Under the pieces are notes generated by a model. It worked only from the letters and a program-made list of their open reading frames with translations, did not search any database and was not told the origin of the DNA. This document shows positions 49,541 through 62,174 of a stretch of DNA of 64,000 bases, piece after piece. Both the position numbers and the translations under genes were made by a program. The first letter of the stretch is position 1. The number at the start of each line of letters is the position of its first letter. This DNA is from Adineta vaga (Eukaryota; Animalia; Rotifera): contig CP075493.1 in NCBI GenBank assembly GCA_021613535.1, forward strand, positions 13,888,001-13,952,000, in the 5' to 3' direction.

Positions 49541-51156
49541 TTTACTAGTTGAATGTGAGATGAATAAGCATACGCAGCTATTAAATACGACTCTGATGGG
49601 TAATATAATCAGTGAATGGAGAGAGAAAAACATTTGTATCATTCATGCATACATAATTATGACCGGGAAGCCTTTCGGGTATATACTTTCATCGAGCGAG
49701 TGATTCTACGCAGTTAAAAGTACTTAAGCACGGACAGAACGCATATATGATTTATCCATGATTGATTTTGATTAAAATAAGCGTCGTTATTGCAGCATTA
49801 AGAAGCCTATTGCTGTCCTTTGTCGCAGTGTTTTCTTTCTATACAATCATATACTGTGTTGCTGCTCTACTGAAATATAAATTCAAACTACTTTATACGA
49901 ACAGTAGGTAATGCAACCTATTAAATCGTAGTAGTTAGTATTTAGTTAGTAAAAATAATTTCTTTTCTAACACTTCTATACTGTTTGTCATGAAAAAGTC
50001 TGAATTATTTTCATACATTTAACCTATAGACACTAATCGATAATGAATTGTACATAGCAGGAAAAATTCTTTTACAGTTTTGTAACCTAAAAAAGGTCGA
50101 AATTGTCTTATTGACCTATGCCACATTGTAACGGAACGTCTTTCGAAGCATCTAGTTGAGACTTTGTCATATGAATTTGAAAAAAGTGAATTAAAGCTCT
50201 GACTGCACTTCAATACGTGTGATGTAGTTGGTTGATGAAAGAGACACACTTTCTACTCCAAAACATATGATCATTTAAGCTAAGAATAAAAATACAAAAT
50301 CACTAGAATAACAGAGGGCGTAGACATTCTCTGGCTGTACAGTTATCCACGTTTATCTGTTCATGGAACGGGACAGAGGCGAATAATGCCGTTATGTAGT
50401 GCGCTAGTCAAGCGTTTATTGTTAAAGAGTATCCGCTCTTGACTACGTCAGTAATATGTAACAAGACGGATATGCCCTATTTGATACTGTTGTCATCTCA
50501 ATATTTTTTCTCAGTTCCTAGATTATCTTACCTATGAATCGTATAAGTGGCGCTGCTGCTTCTTACTGCCGTTGGGCTACTTTCTTGATGTAGCGATCAT
50601 TTGTCGAATGACGTCCTCAACGAAAACAAACATCTTCTGATGTCGCTAAGAATGAGAACAATGGGATACAAATGCAGTAGCATTCAGTACTGCGTAAGTT
50701 TCTATATTGAATGGAAACCGAACGTCTACATTTCTAACAAATGTGCGGCAATATCGTGGCGCTGATACAACTCATTTGGGTCTCGTCTCTTTCTCTATAG
50801 ATCACGAAGAGGATCATCGACCATTGACCATGTGTGCACTCAGAGGAAGTTAAGTACGTAAATAATATAGGATGTCTAGTAAGTTACGAAATGAGAAAAA
50901 AGAGTAATATTCGGACCAATAACTCATTGAAGGTTACATTTCTTTGCTGATGTCAGTTGTAATACTTCAAACTAATTTTTGATAACGCTTCACTTATGAA
51001 CATGATTTATGAGCACTCCTCGTTTATTAGTAAAAATATTAGCCCGTTTGGTCAGAATATAGCAGGAATATTCGATTTTCTTTTTCTTGTTTCCTTACTC
51101 AAAAGGCATCTTATGGACTGATCTTTGTCAGGTTAAATCTAATTTCGTTCTATTTT

Positions 51157-51660
51157 ATGTCCAAAAGAATCATTTGGCATTATGGCCCTGTTAATGTCAA
51201 TATAAGTACAGCGAGTAAGAATTCACCAGCGGTAGATGATGCGACTGTATACGTTGAAGCTGGCAATGGAAGATTTTATGCGGTCGATCAACTTACAGGA
51301 GAGCTGAAATGGAGATTTCTCACAAGACCTGCTAAATATGGTATTCATGGAACACCGGCTGTTGATCAACAATATGCCTTTATTGGCGGTTACAGTAATT
51401 TTTCTTTGACAAAACATCGACTCCCTAAAACATACGATTCTATCGCTCTTGTTCTATAAAGCTGTTGGGGCTATGCATTGAACAAATCGTCAGGTACACT
51501 TGAGTGGGAAGTAAAAATGAGTCAGTCGATTGGAGCTAACCCAGTAATTGTAAGTGATCGTGTCTATTGGGCTGTTGAAGTGAGTTCACCATCAGCCAAT
51601 GGATATTTGACCATTGTTGAACGCTGTACAGGTCGTGTTCTCTTCTATTCTTCACCGTCT
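51157..51660 (+). pseudogene. PQQ-type/BamB-like beta-propeller fragment
   Basis: NSPAVDDATVYV...FYAVDQLTGELKWRF, GTPAVD, ALNKSSGTLEWE; broken intron acceptor; truncated. Confidence 0.65.
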
Positions 51661-52200
51661 GGTACATAAAATATCGGATACTGTCACTTTTGAACAAAAT
51701 GCATTAATTAACCCTGCTGCTGTGGTTTTCGATGATGTTAAAACTAGTAATTTACAATCAGGTGCTATAATCAATATTCAATTAGTAGAATTTATTTTTC
51801 TATTTTCAATTGTCGAAAAACGTCTTGATAGAACCTGTGAATTAGGTACTACACTAGCTATCAATGGAAATGAGGAAAGCATATATTTCGCAAGAAACTA
51901 AAGACTATATTGTTAATCTAGGTGTTCATGTTTATTTTGATGCCGCCGATGTAGAATCAACATTCACAACGAATATCGCATTGTCGAGAAAAGATAGTAG
52001 AGTTATATTGATTGCAATATTTGAAAAGTTATTGACATTAGATGCTATGGATATTGTCTTGTGTGGAATAACTATCAGAAGACGTCCGGATTATCAAGAT
52101 ACATTTTCCGGAGTAATTTAATTTATTGATAGTAAACGAATGGATGTGGAACGAAGCATTATTGTCTGACCATTTAGAGATTAAAATTCTGTAGACATGA
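51660..52200 (+). pseudogene. Decayed Zn-dependent (butanediol/sorbitol-type) dehydrogenase, central to C-terminal part
   Basis: VHKISDTVTFEQNALINPAAV, EKRLDRTCELG, GVHVYFDAADVESTF, EIKILVD with frameshifts and stops. Confidence 0.65.
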
Positions 52201-52290
52201 ATTCGAGGGAATCGGTTACTTATTCAAATGCATTCACAAAAAATAAAGAAAAAAATGATCATAGTTAATAATGGTTCGTATTTTTTAAGG

Positions 52291-53318
52291 TTATTGTGGT
52301 ATAATTTGGTTTACAACTGGTTTATTCCTTTGCCACCAATTGCGACATATGGTTGAAATAACATGAATCAATTGTTGACGAAATCGGCTAGATACGCAAA
52401 TGTATATATAAAATTGACTCTAGAATTAGATAAAATACAAATTTATTTATTCAGTTATGTTTAACTCACTGCAAAGTTTAGATAATATATACAGATAGCG
52501 AAAGAATTAGCAAATTGCAATCTTTCAACATTGATTGGATCGTGTATTATATTACTGTCTAAACTAAGTATGGTAACAATCAGATAAGGACTTGAAACAA
52601 AAGAAATAAAAGCCGCTTGAATCAAAACTATAGTAGTCAATTGTTTCTCTAATTCACGTCGAACAAGAGGTACAGATCGATAAGCTAAATGTCTAACATT
52701 ATTGTATGCCAATATAGCAAATGAAACATCAATAAGAATAGGTAAAAAACCAATAAATACAAGTGTCAAGCCTTTGGTGTTGTATTCTTGAAATATTCGG
52801 TTTGAGATCATACATATCAATTTACCGGTACTCGCTGATTCAATATGTTGATAATAGAACAAATATGGAATACCATGCATAGTCCAAATAAATATAAACA
52901 GAATGATTAAACGACGAGCTACTTTTATATTGCTCCATGCTCGCCACCAAGGATTCGAACAAGTAGCTAAATATTGATCAATCGTTGCCAAACACATACA
53001 TGTAAATGTTGTTAATGAACATATTATACCGAAAAAGGATCTGAATTTACAAAAAAATAATGAGTATAAACTCCAATCAATATTAAAACCATAGATCATG
53101 ATACGAGAAAGAAAAGTTGTAAGCAATTGACCAAGACTAACGATTGACATAATGGTTAAATAGAATGCACAAGAATTTTCTCGAAAAGTACGAAGACAAA
53201 GAAAAATAATAAGATTTAATATGTTTCCAATGACACCAGCAATAAGAATAGGAATACCAAAATAGATGGTTATTTTTTCACCGATTAAAATCAATGATGA
53301 ATTGTTGGATGTCGACAT
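52291..53318 (-). CDS. Orphan rhodopsin-like 7TM receptor, 2 exons
   Basis: GNILNLIIF, ATIDQY; ~50-nt intron after YLNFA leads to SQFYIYICVSSRFRQQL...IIPQ* ending 52291. Confidence 0.85.
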
Positions 53319-54555
53319 TTCACTTCGAATAAAAATGAACTTTTCCGCAACTATCTATTTATTCTTTTCTAACAGTAATAAGATTTCATTTATCTTGTTA
53401 TTAATAAAATGAAAACATCATCTCATATGACGTGTACTAAAGAAGAAGAAGAAGAAGAAAAGCAATAAATTATAAATTAATTAAAACCTTGAAAATGAGT
53501 CGAGGACTCGAACAGTGTTATCAGATGTCAAAAAAAATGACATTTATAAATATTCGAAGAAAATCTCTAAAAAAATAATCATAATACTAATTATCAGACT
53601 ATAAAAGTTCAAACTAAAAATTTAAAGTAGATTTTAAAATATAAATTCTCAATTAGTAAATGACAATCAAACACAGACTCACTCTTTTTAGTTCTTAATT
53701 ATCTAATGTAAAAAACATAAAAGAGCTGTTTCCGACAGATGGGTTTATTTTTCATACGGTAATTATAAGAGAATTTTGTCCACCACTGCCTAGTTTTTCT
53801 TCGTTTTGTTATTGAATTTAAGATTCACAGGAAGACAATCGGGAGAAGTTAAACATGAGTGACAGTTTTCATCATATTCAGATGGTAATTGTTCAGAATC
53901 AATATATTCCAATAATGTTCTTGATGTTTCATTTCCTTTTTAGTTACTGGATCAATAAAATGTTTAATTAAATTCTAAGTAGTTGGAAATTTACTGTGTA
54001 TTAACAACAAATATTTATTCTAAAAGTTCAGGATAGTAACTATCATCGATATAAAAAATTTTCTTCTATCCACATTCATTTATTGGTCTGTTTTTTCAAT
54101 ATACAATGGTTGACAAATTTTCGTATTGTCTCTTCTCCGTTGTATCATTTCGAAAATAGATTCAATTGTAATTTGAATTAATATTAAAGAAGGAATTCAT
54201 CATCGTCATTGAACGATAACTATTCGAATAGTCTATATGTGACGAAGAAGAAGCACCGCCATTTTAAGGTTATTTTTGTGAATATGATATCAATTTGCAT
54301 GAATATATCCTAAAAACAAATAAAATCATGAATTATAGAACTTATTGAGATTCATTACGTATACAAGATGCGAAGAAAGAAATGAAAGAGTGATGAAATG
54401 TGTATCTTAAGAGTATGAATATGAGTAACTATATCTTCTCTTTAATACTTTCATACCCCCATATCCATTTCTTCATGTAATATGTTTTTCTCTTTAATAT
54501 GAAATCATTATATCATTCTCTGTTGACAGATTTATTAGTAAAAAAACTAATGAAT

Positions 54556-54628
54556 CGCTCCTGGATGGATTCGAACCATCAATCCTTCGGTTAGGAACCG
54601 AGAGCGTTAACCTTTGCGCCACAAGAGC
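54556..54628 (-). tRNA. tRNA-Arg(CCT)
   Basis: gctcttg/caggagc acceptor stem, anticodon loop ttcctaa, T arm gatgg-ttcgaat-ccatc, 73 nt. Confidence 0.85.
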
Positions 54629-54719
54629 ATACTACTACAAGTGACAATCCTCACCTATTATTATTGTGCAATTTTGTCTTTCAAAATTTATCGTAATTCA
54701 TGAAAATAAAACAAATCAT

Positions 54720-57080
54720 AGGGTGGATATAAGCATAACTATTCTTCAGACTGATTCACAATCATGCTTATGCAATCGTTTTTTACTCGATATTATATCA
54801 ATCAATTACATAGTATAAAGTCCATCTGCTTGTTCGCATCATGACGAATCAAATATTCTTATTAAATGTGTGAAAAAAGAAAAAAACGTCTCGTAATACT
54901 ACCAAGTGCCCTTTATTACAACGTATAAAGGATTAGTAAGTCGCTGAGTATATAAGGACAATTAAAATTTTCTTTTTCTATAAAATTTTCAGAGATAAAA
55001 ATCTGTGAATCTAACGTAATAAAATATTATTTCCTTTATCGTAGAGGAATTCCACTTCTCATCATCAATATCCATGTCTCACAAAATGTTATTCCTCTGT
55101 ATCCTCTTAAATATTTCCTTGACAAGAGCTACTACAATTACACGAGCAGGTATAATGCAAAAGCAGTTTCATTTCGAAAATAAAAATGACAATCATTTTA
55201 GCCTCACCTGCCGTTCCACCATCCGTATGCTACGTTGATTTTGGTTGCTTCTCACCACGACCCGGTTTCAAACTCTTACCTCAATCACCCCAAAAAATCA
55301 ATACTCAATTCTTTCTCTTTTCAAGGTTTGTGGCATGGATTCTTAACGTGAAAACAAGATTAAGGTTTTTTTCTTTGCATTGAATTAGAAATCAACCTTT
55401 TCAATCACAAGTCGTCTCTTCTTCAAATCTGGGTTCATTCGACCAGAAGAAACCGACTAAATTCATCATTCATGGTTTTACCGATCGAGCATCGAGCTCT
55501 TGGGTGGCTAACATGACAAAAGAACTATTGAAACAGGTCAGTTGTTACTTCCTCGACGATGTAAATACATCTTTTAGAGTTCATTTGTAGGGAGATATGA
55601 ATGTAATCACTATTGACTGGTCTGGTGGTAATCAGTTTCCATATGGACAAGCTGTTGCCAATACTGTGGTTGTGGCAGCTGTTATTCGACAACTTCTTCA
55701 AGCAATGATTAATGTTGGTGCAAAACCACAAGAAATGCATTTGATCGGTCATAGTTTAGGTGCACACATATCAAGCTATGTCGGACGAGATTTACGTAAC
55801 TTGGGAAGAATCTCTGGCTTGGGTACATATTCATATTCGAAATCATAAACTATATAGTCACACTTGTTGTTTTTCTTCTGAATATAGATCCTGCCGGACC
55901 TGACTTTTATGATTCTCTCATTCCTGATCGTCTTGATTCGTCCGATGCTCTGTTTGTAGATGTGATTCATACAGATGGTGCACCACGTGTACAATCAGGT
56001 TTCGGTCATTTGGAACCTTTAGGACATGTTGATTTCTATCCAAATGGTGGTTCTGCTCAGCCTAGTGAGTTTCGAGAAATTAATTTATAATATGCAACTT
56101 CCTCTTGTACTAGCCTGTGGTAGCAGTACTGGAGATGTTCTCCTACAATCTGCATGGAGTTTAATCAGCACGTCTAATGTAGCAAGTGAGTTGAATTCTC
56201 TTGCAGTTCTATTTCAACTTTTTATCTCTAAACGTTAGATGCTGCTGGCTCAATTTCATGTAACCACATGTCTGCAGTGTACTATTACACAGATTCAATC
56301 AATACACCTTCACCAGCTTTTGCTTATCCTTGTTCGGATTATAAAAGTTTTCAGCAAGGTCTTTGCGCATCGTGTGGTTTCGAATCCGATGAATGCCAAC
56401 GAACTGGCTATCATGCTTCACCATCGAAAACACTTGGTACATTGTATCTCATGACATTGCACGGAGTTCAGCCGCCTCATTTGGGTGTGTAATTAATATC
56501 AGTAGAGGGAGAGAAGATAGAAAACGAACAAAGTTTTATGTTTTTAGGCTTTCAATACAAAGTGACACTTGAATCGAATCTAAATGACAATGCAAAACAA
56601 ACACGAGGCACCATCAAAATCAAATTCGATGAACAAGCAGAGGATCCACTATTATTCAAGTAATGAACGCATATGTGTGTTCCCATGAATATGTTTGTTC
56701 TGTTTAGCGAAAACACATTATTCAAACGGGGATTGATCAATTCAAAAACAGTTCTTATTGCCAATAAACCTGCATCGCTGAATAAGATTACAATCTCATT
56801 CAAAAAAAGTCTAAGCTCAAATTTTGGCATTGGTCTTGCTGGTGAATGGAGATTTGATTCAGTTACTGTGCTCGATATGCAATCTCATATCAGGTTAGTC
56901 ATCTCTTGATTAATTATCAAACAAAACGCTGTCGTTATTGTTTTTCTCTATTCAGCTACAAATTTTGTCCAACATCAAATTCAGCGATGATTAAGAGTGG
57001 CTCAAATTTGACATACAGATTGTGTTGAAGTTTTAATCTTATTCTATTTTTTTTGTTTGTTAGGCAATAAATAAAAAGAT
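54720..57080 (+). repeat. Segmental duplicate of ~43205-45540 (lipase plus upstream region), direct orientation, ~11.5 kb apart
   Basis: Shared upstream block aaagtccatctgct.gtt..catcatga.gaatcaaat and shared exons and introns. Confidence 0.85.
55074..57028 (+). CDS. Pancreatic-lipase-family lipase, copy 2
   Basis: Same exon structure and catalytic motifs as 43534-45495. Confidence 0.9.
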
Positions 57081-58198
57081 ACTGACAGTGTGGACCCAAG
57101 AGTCGATTTCTTCCTATAATCTATACTCTCACCCACCCGCATAATAAACTAGTTTCGTGTTCCTTAGATCTTGGAGATGCACATTGCCATAATTTACACA
57201 TTATTAATGATGTACGTGTTACATTAATATTAAATCGGAACGAAAGAATTTGTCTGATATGAACGTCGTGTTGAAAACAGATGTATTTCCATAATGGTAC
57301 CAAACACATTTATAATGAATAAAGCTATTCCGAGATATCGAACTGAATCATCAGTAATATATAACCATGAGATCATGTTGTATGTTCTATTGATTCGTAT
57401 GTAGTTTGGAAAGATTTAGAACCTATGTTTTTAGGTACAATTGTTATTCCTGGTGAAGATCAATTATTCTACTAGAAGTGGCGATAATGAAACGAAAGAA
57501 GATGATCGAGCTGCTTTCTATATAAGATAGAGATTCTACTCTGAAATTTGATGAAACAGAAAATTACATTCAATTCGTATCATCTTTTCCATACACTACA
57601 TAGATGACGTCGACAGCAAATTACTTATTTTATTTTTCCATTCTTTTCTTTCTTTTACAAATTCTTAGCGTCACAACTTCAATTAGTATTTTAAATCGAC
57701 TAGAAAAATAATTACTTCAATATATGTAAAGAGATCATGGATTCAAACGGTATATGCTCAAATTATTTCAGTAAAAATTAGCATCATACTAATTTTTTCT
57801 TGAAATTAAAAATAAGAAAAATCTTTATCTTCTGAATCATAGTTTATTTAATTAACATCAAGTACATATTTTTTATTTACGTCAGACGATGTACAAAACT
57901 ATATATTTGATTTCTGACTCTTTCTTCTCTACAAAATTTTCACTTTGCGTCTACCGCTTGTTGTAATTATCGAATGCATTCATTTTATTTTTATTTTTCA
58001 TCAAACACATGATAAACTCTAACGTATGCATTTTCCTTCTGCTATATTCACATTTCAATTAAATTACATAAGTGTTTATGTAATTATTTTTTTCTCTCAT
58101 TCGAAAGAATATTTCTTTTCTAAACACAGGTAAAATGAAAAGAATTATAGTTTTCTCTTAAATATACCATTTCATTTCTCAACAGATTAGTTATTGAA

Positions 58199-59245
58199 AT
58201 GATATCAATGGAAAGATTGATTTGGATTACAAAACAAGTAAATATCTATGGATATTCCATCTTATTAATTGCCGGTATTATTGGTTCAATAGGAAATTTA
58301 TATGTATTTTCTCGAAAACGTTTTCGAAAAACTCCATGTTCACATTATATATTGATTGCAAGTTTATTCGATTTTTTCAATATATCATTTTCAGTTTCAA
58401 CTCGTTTAATGGCAGATGGATTCGATTTTGATCCATTTGCACGAAATTCAACTGCATGTCGAATACGAACATATTTGTAAGTATTCAAAGATCAGATTAA
58501 TTTTCCATTTATTTATCTTCTTGTATTAATTAGAGCCTTTGTATTCTCATTTTGTCCCATTGGTTGTCGCTGTTTAAATATAATGGATCGTTATTTTTGT
58601 ACATCTCGATCTGTATTCTTACGAAATTTAAGTTCAAGAAAATTAGCTGATCGTCTCTTATTTGTGAATTGTTTAAGTTGGATTTTAATTGGTATACCAA
58701 TGTTAATTGTATTCGATTCAATTCAATTAAATGCAAATAAAATGATATGTGGTACATTAAATAAACAATTTACTGATTATTTCTCATTTTTTGTTAATCC
58801 AATACTTAATTTTTTTGTACCAATGATCATTATTATCGTATTTTCAATTTCAACATATCGAAATATACAATTAATGAATCGATTATCATATTCACGAATA
58901 AAACAATTAACATTGGTGAGTTCAATTTTATCTAATAAATATTACCGAATTCTATTGTTTTTGTTTTTCTAGATGATTATTGTGGAAAGTTGTATATTTG
59001 TTATTGCATCAGTTCCACATGGTACACGATTTGTATATATAGTTTTAACAGATGAAATTGAAAAAGATCCATATAGAAAAGCACAAGAAAATTTATTTTA
59101 TCAAATTAGTCGAATAACATTTTTCTTCAATTCAACATTTTCATTTTATATTTATTTTATCGTAGGAGGTGAAATTCGTTCGACTGTTAAAAATCTTTTC
59201 AAGAGAAAACAACGACATATTGTTTCACCTATTATAATCACGTGA
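58199..59245 (+). CDS. Orphan rhodopsin-like 7TM receptor, 3 exons
   Basis: GIIGSIGNLYVF, MDRY, FSFYIYFIVGGEIR; short GT-AG introns at 58477-58533 and ~58915-58972. Confidence 0.8.
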
Positions 59246-59328
59246 TGATATATAGATGTGACAATAAAAATTGTACATTTTAATTCTTTTACATTGATAA
59301 AGATTTATCTGTAAATCGATTTTTGATA

Positions 59329-59383
59329 ATTGAGGGTGTGGGTATAATGTCATTTCTATCCACATCCATATTCTCACCCTAAT
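59329..59383. repeat. Short inverted repeat built from telomere-like TG(A/T)GGG units
   Basis: attgagggtgtgggtat ... atccacatccatattctcaccctaat. Confidence 0.6.
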
Positions 59384-59523
59384 TATGTTGTCTGTCGCAT
59401 ATTTACCAAAACGTTCTTAGTCGAATACATTTTAGAAAAATATGTTTACACTATCAACACAGAGAAGGAAAAAGGAAAGAAAAATAACAATGAGAGGTTT
59501 GAGTTGAACACGCTTCCAGCTAC

Positions 59524-59853
59524 GTGGCAGCAAACGTAAATGTTTACCGTGGTGTATTACTTACTCCGAAGCACATCGAACGTTATCAACAAGCACAACA
59601 TATCTTTCAACAATGGAATGGTTTGATATCAACTACAAAAAATCCAGATTTAGCGATGATTTACGGAAATACATTATTCATAATTACGATAGATGGTTCG
59701 AATGTCAATGGTCTTGATATTTCATCATTTTCAAACTTTCCAGAAGAAGAAGAAGAAGTTCTCATTTCTCGAGGACGAACGTTTTCAGTTGATAAAGTCG
59801 AATTCAATACGAAAGATAACAAATATCATATTCATCTATCAATGTGTTATTGA
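59524..59853 (+). pseudogene. Isolated ADP-ribosyltransferase catalytic-domain fragment
   Basis: VYRGV, LISTT, SNFPEEEEEVLI; no ATG start or upstream helical region. Confidence 0.7.
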
Positions 59854-60036
59854 TATTCTATAGCCATACAGCATAAACTATGATGCACCTAGTCTTATTT
59901 TTTTTATTTTATCGATAATGATAAGACCCTATTTCGTTCTGCCACCACAGAAGAACGAAAACAAGCACGTTTTTCTCTATTTTTATTATATACACCTGCA
60001 TGAAAGTAGGTTTTTATTGATTTGATAAACGTTAAC

Positions 60037-61575
60037 ATGATATTACCGATCATTTTATATGCTATTCTTGGTTTAATTTCTTTTATTATTTTCCGTATTT
60101 ATTGGAAATACATTTATTTAGAAAAACGTTTCTATGACATATTTCGTAATCAAGGTGTACCATGTGAACCATTTGTTCCACTTGTTGGTCAACTATCTGA
60201 CATACGTCGTGCGATGGCTAATGATCGTGCTATGGATTATCGATTGAATCTAGTGAAAAAACATGGTTATATTTATGTTTCTGCATTTGGTCCAACGGTA
60301 CGTTTAAATGTCATAGAACCAGATATGCTTGCCGATATCTTTGGTCGATCACATGGTCAAGATTATAGTAAACCAGTTGATACCGAAATCTTTTTTAAAC
60401 CTTTAATTGGTAAACATAATCTATTAGTGAGTGAAGGAGAAGAACATGGACGTGCACGAAAAATGCTTAATCCAGCATTTCATTTCGTTAAATTACAATT
60501 AATGATTCCTATCATGGTTAGTCAAACAAATAAAGCTATTAATGAATTTCTTTCGTCAAGTAATCAAGGTAAAGTAATCGATTTACAAACAGAACTAGCT
60601 GATCTTACATTAGCCATTATTTCATCGAGTGCATTTGGTAAAGGTTTAGAAACGATGACAAATGCAAAGCAAATTGTAAGTCATGCATTCAATAATTTAT
60701 TAGCAGCAATATCCTATCGAGCAATGCGTGCAATTGATCTCATACCTATTATTTGTCATTTACCATTTTGGCGTAAAGATATTGTCAATAAAGGTTCACG
60801 TGAAATTTTCGAATTTGTTGATCAAATCATTGCTGATCGTCGATATCATCGATCAACTAGTTTATCTTCGAGTGAAGATATTCTTGATCTTCTTCTTACA
60901 GCAATTGATCATGAAGGACAAACATTTAGTGATCAAGAAATTAAAGATCAAGCATTAACATTTATATTTGCTGGTCATGAAACAACAGGTAATTTAATGA
61001 CATGGACGATCTATATATTAATGACACATGATGATGTATTGCAAGCTTGCCGAGAAGAAGTAGATAGAATACTTCCAAAGGGTATGGAACCTACTGATGA
61101 ACATATGAATGAATTGATTGTTTGTGAAGCCATTATACATGAAGTACTTCGTCTTTATCCTCCAGCACCATTTATTTCACGTAGATGTATTCGCGAACAT
61201 TATATAGGTAGTGAAGGACATCGGCAAATACAAGTTCCTGTTAATGCAATCGTTCAACTCAATAGTTATGCTCTTCATCGACGAGAAGAATTTTGGCCAC
61301 GGCCAGACGAATTTGATTATACACGTTGGATGCGAGATCCTATAACAGGTCTGAAACCAAAATTAGCTCATCCATTTTGTTATTTACCATTTGTTGCTGG
61401 ACCACGGAACTGTATTGGTCAAAATTTTGCCTTACTCGAAGCAAAAATTATGTTAGCAATGCTTGTACAACGTTGTAACTTTGAATTAGAACCGGGCCAA
61501 AAGATTATTCCAGAAAATCGCATTACTATGCCACCAAAATATGGTTTACGAGCAAGAATTACTAAACGATTATAA
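60037..61575 (+). CDS. Cytochrome P450 (intronless)
   Basis: N-terminal anchor, FAGHETT, EVLR (ExxR), PFVAGPRNCIG heme motif; ATG at 60037. Confidence 0.95.
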   Translation: MILPIILYAILGLISFIIFRIYWKYIYLEKRFYDIFRNQGVPCEPFVPLVGQLSDIRRAMANDRAMDYRLNLVKKHGYIYVSAFGPTVRLNVIEPDMLADIFGRSHGQDYSKPVDTEIFFKPLIGKHNLLVSEGEEHGRARKMLNPAFHFVKLQLMIPIMVSQTNKAINEFLSSSNQGKVIDLQTELADLTLAIISSSAFGKGLETMTNAKQIVSHAFNNLLAAISYRAMRAIDLIPIICHLPFWRKDIVNKGSREIFEFVDQIIADRRYHRSTSLSSSEDILDLLLTAIDHEGQTFSDQEIKDQALTFIFAGHETTGNLMTWTIYILMTHDDVLQACREEVDRILPKGMEPTDEHMNELIVCEAIIHEVLRLYPPAPFISRRCIREHYIGSEGHRQIQVPVNAIVQLNSYALHRREEFWPRPDEFDYTRWMRDPITGLKPKLAHPFCYLPFVAGPRNCIGQNFALLEAKIMLAMLVQRCNFELEPGQKIIPENRITMPPKYGLRARITKRL

Positions 61576-62174
61576 AAGAAAAGATCTGCACGAATTTTAT
61601 CTCTCTAGATTTAGTAACAATAAAGACAGAAAATGACATTAGCACTCTCTCATTTTCGGAAGATTTATGTTGGTTTTTTTCCAACTGTCAATAAAAACAT
61701 CGTTAGTACAAAAGTAATCATGATTCATAAAAAAATATTTCGATAGTTAAGCCAGTGGTAATATGATTTTGATTCATATTCCTCTTTACACATCAAATGG
61801 AGACATATTTATAGATGGAAATCAAGAAGATATATCAACATCCCAACCCAAACTCTCATGGAATTATATTTGCGACGCATTTATTTCATTAAAGTTAAAG
61901 ATGTGGAAATTAGAGAGAAAAATAACTTCTGTTATAAGAAGATGATGATAAACAAAGGACACTGTTTGCGGTTAGTAGTAAAACTTCATGGAAAACTTTT
62001 GGTTGTAGTTGAATATGTTGTTGTACGAATTTTTCTAGAAAAAAAGTAGTAGATAAATTCAGAGTAATAAAGTAATCGAAATGATCGTCGAAAGGAAAAA
62101 TTCTTGAATGTCATAGGAAAATATCGATGGTATTCTTTCGGTAAAATATTCTCAAAAAAGTATTTTCACAAAAC

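Noticed and set aside
50300-50860. Locally GC-richer non-coding stretch
   Set aside because: No ORF, repeat or RNA structure that I could support
61763-61945. HIPL-containing short ORF, possible metallophosphoesterase fragment
   Set aside because: A single short motif is insufficient evidence
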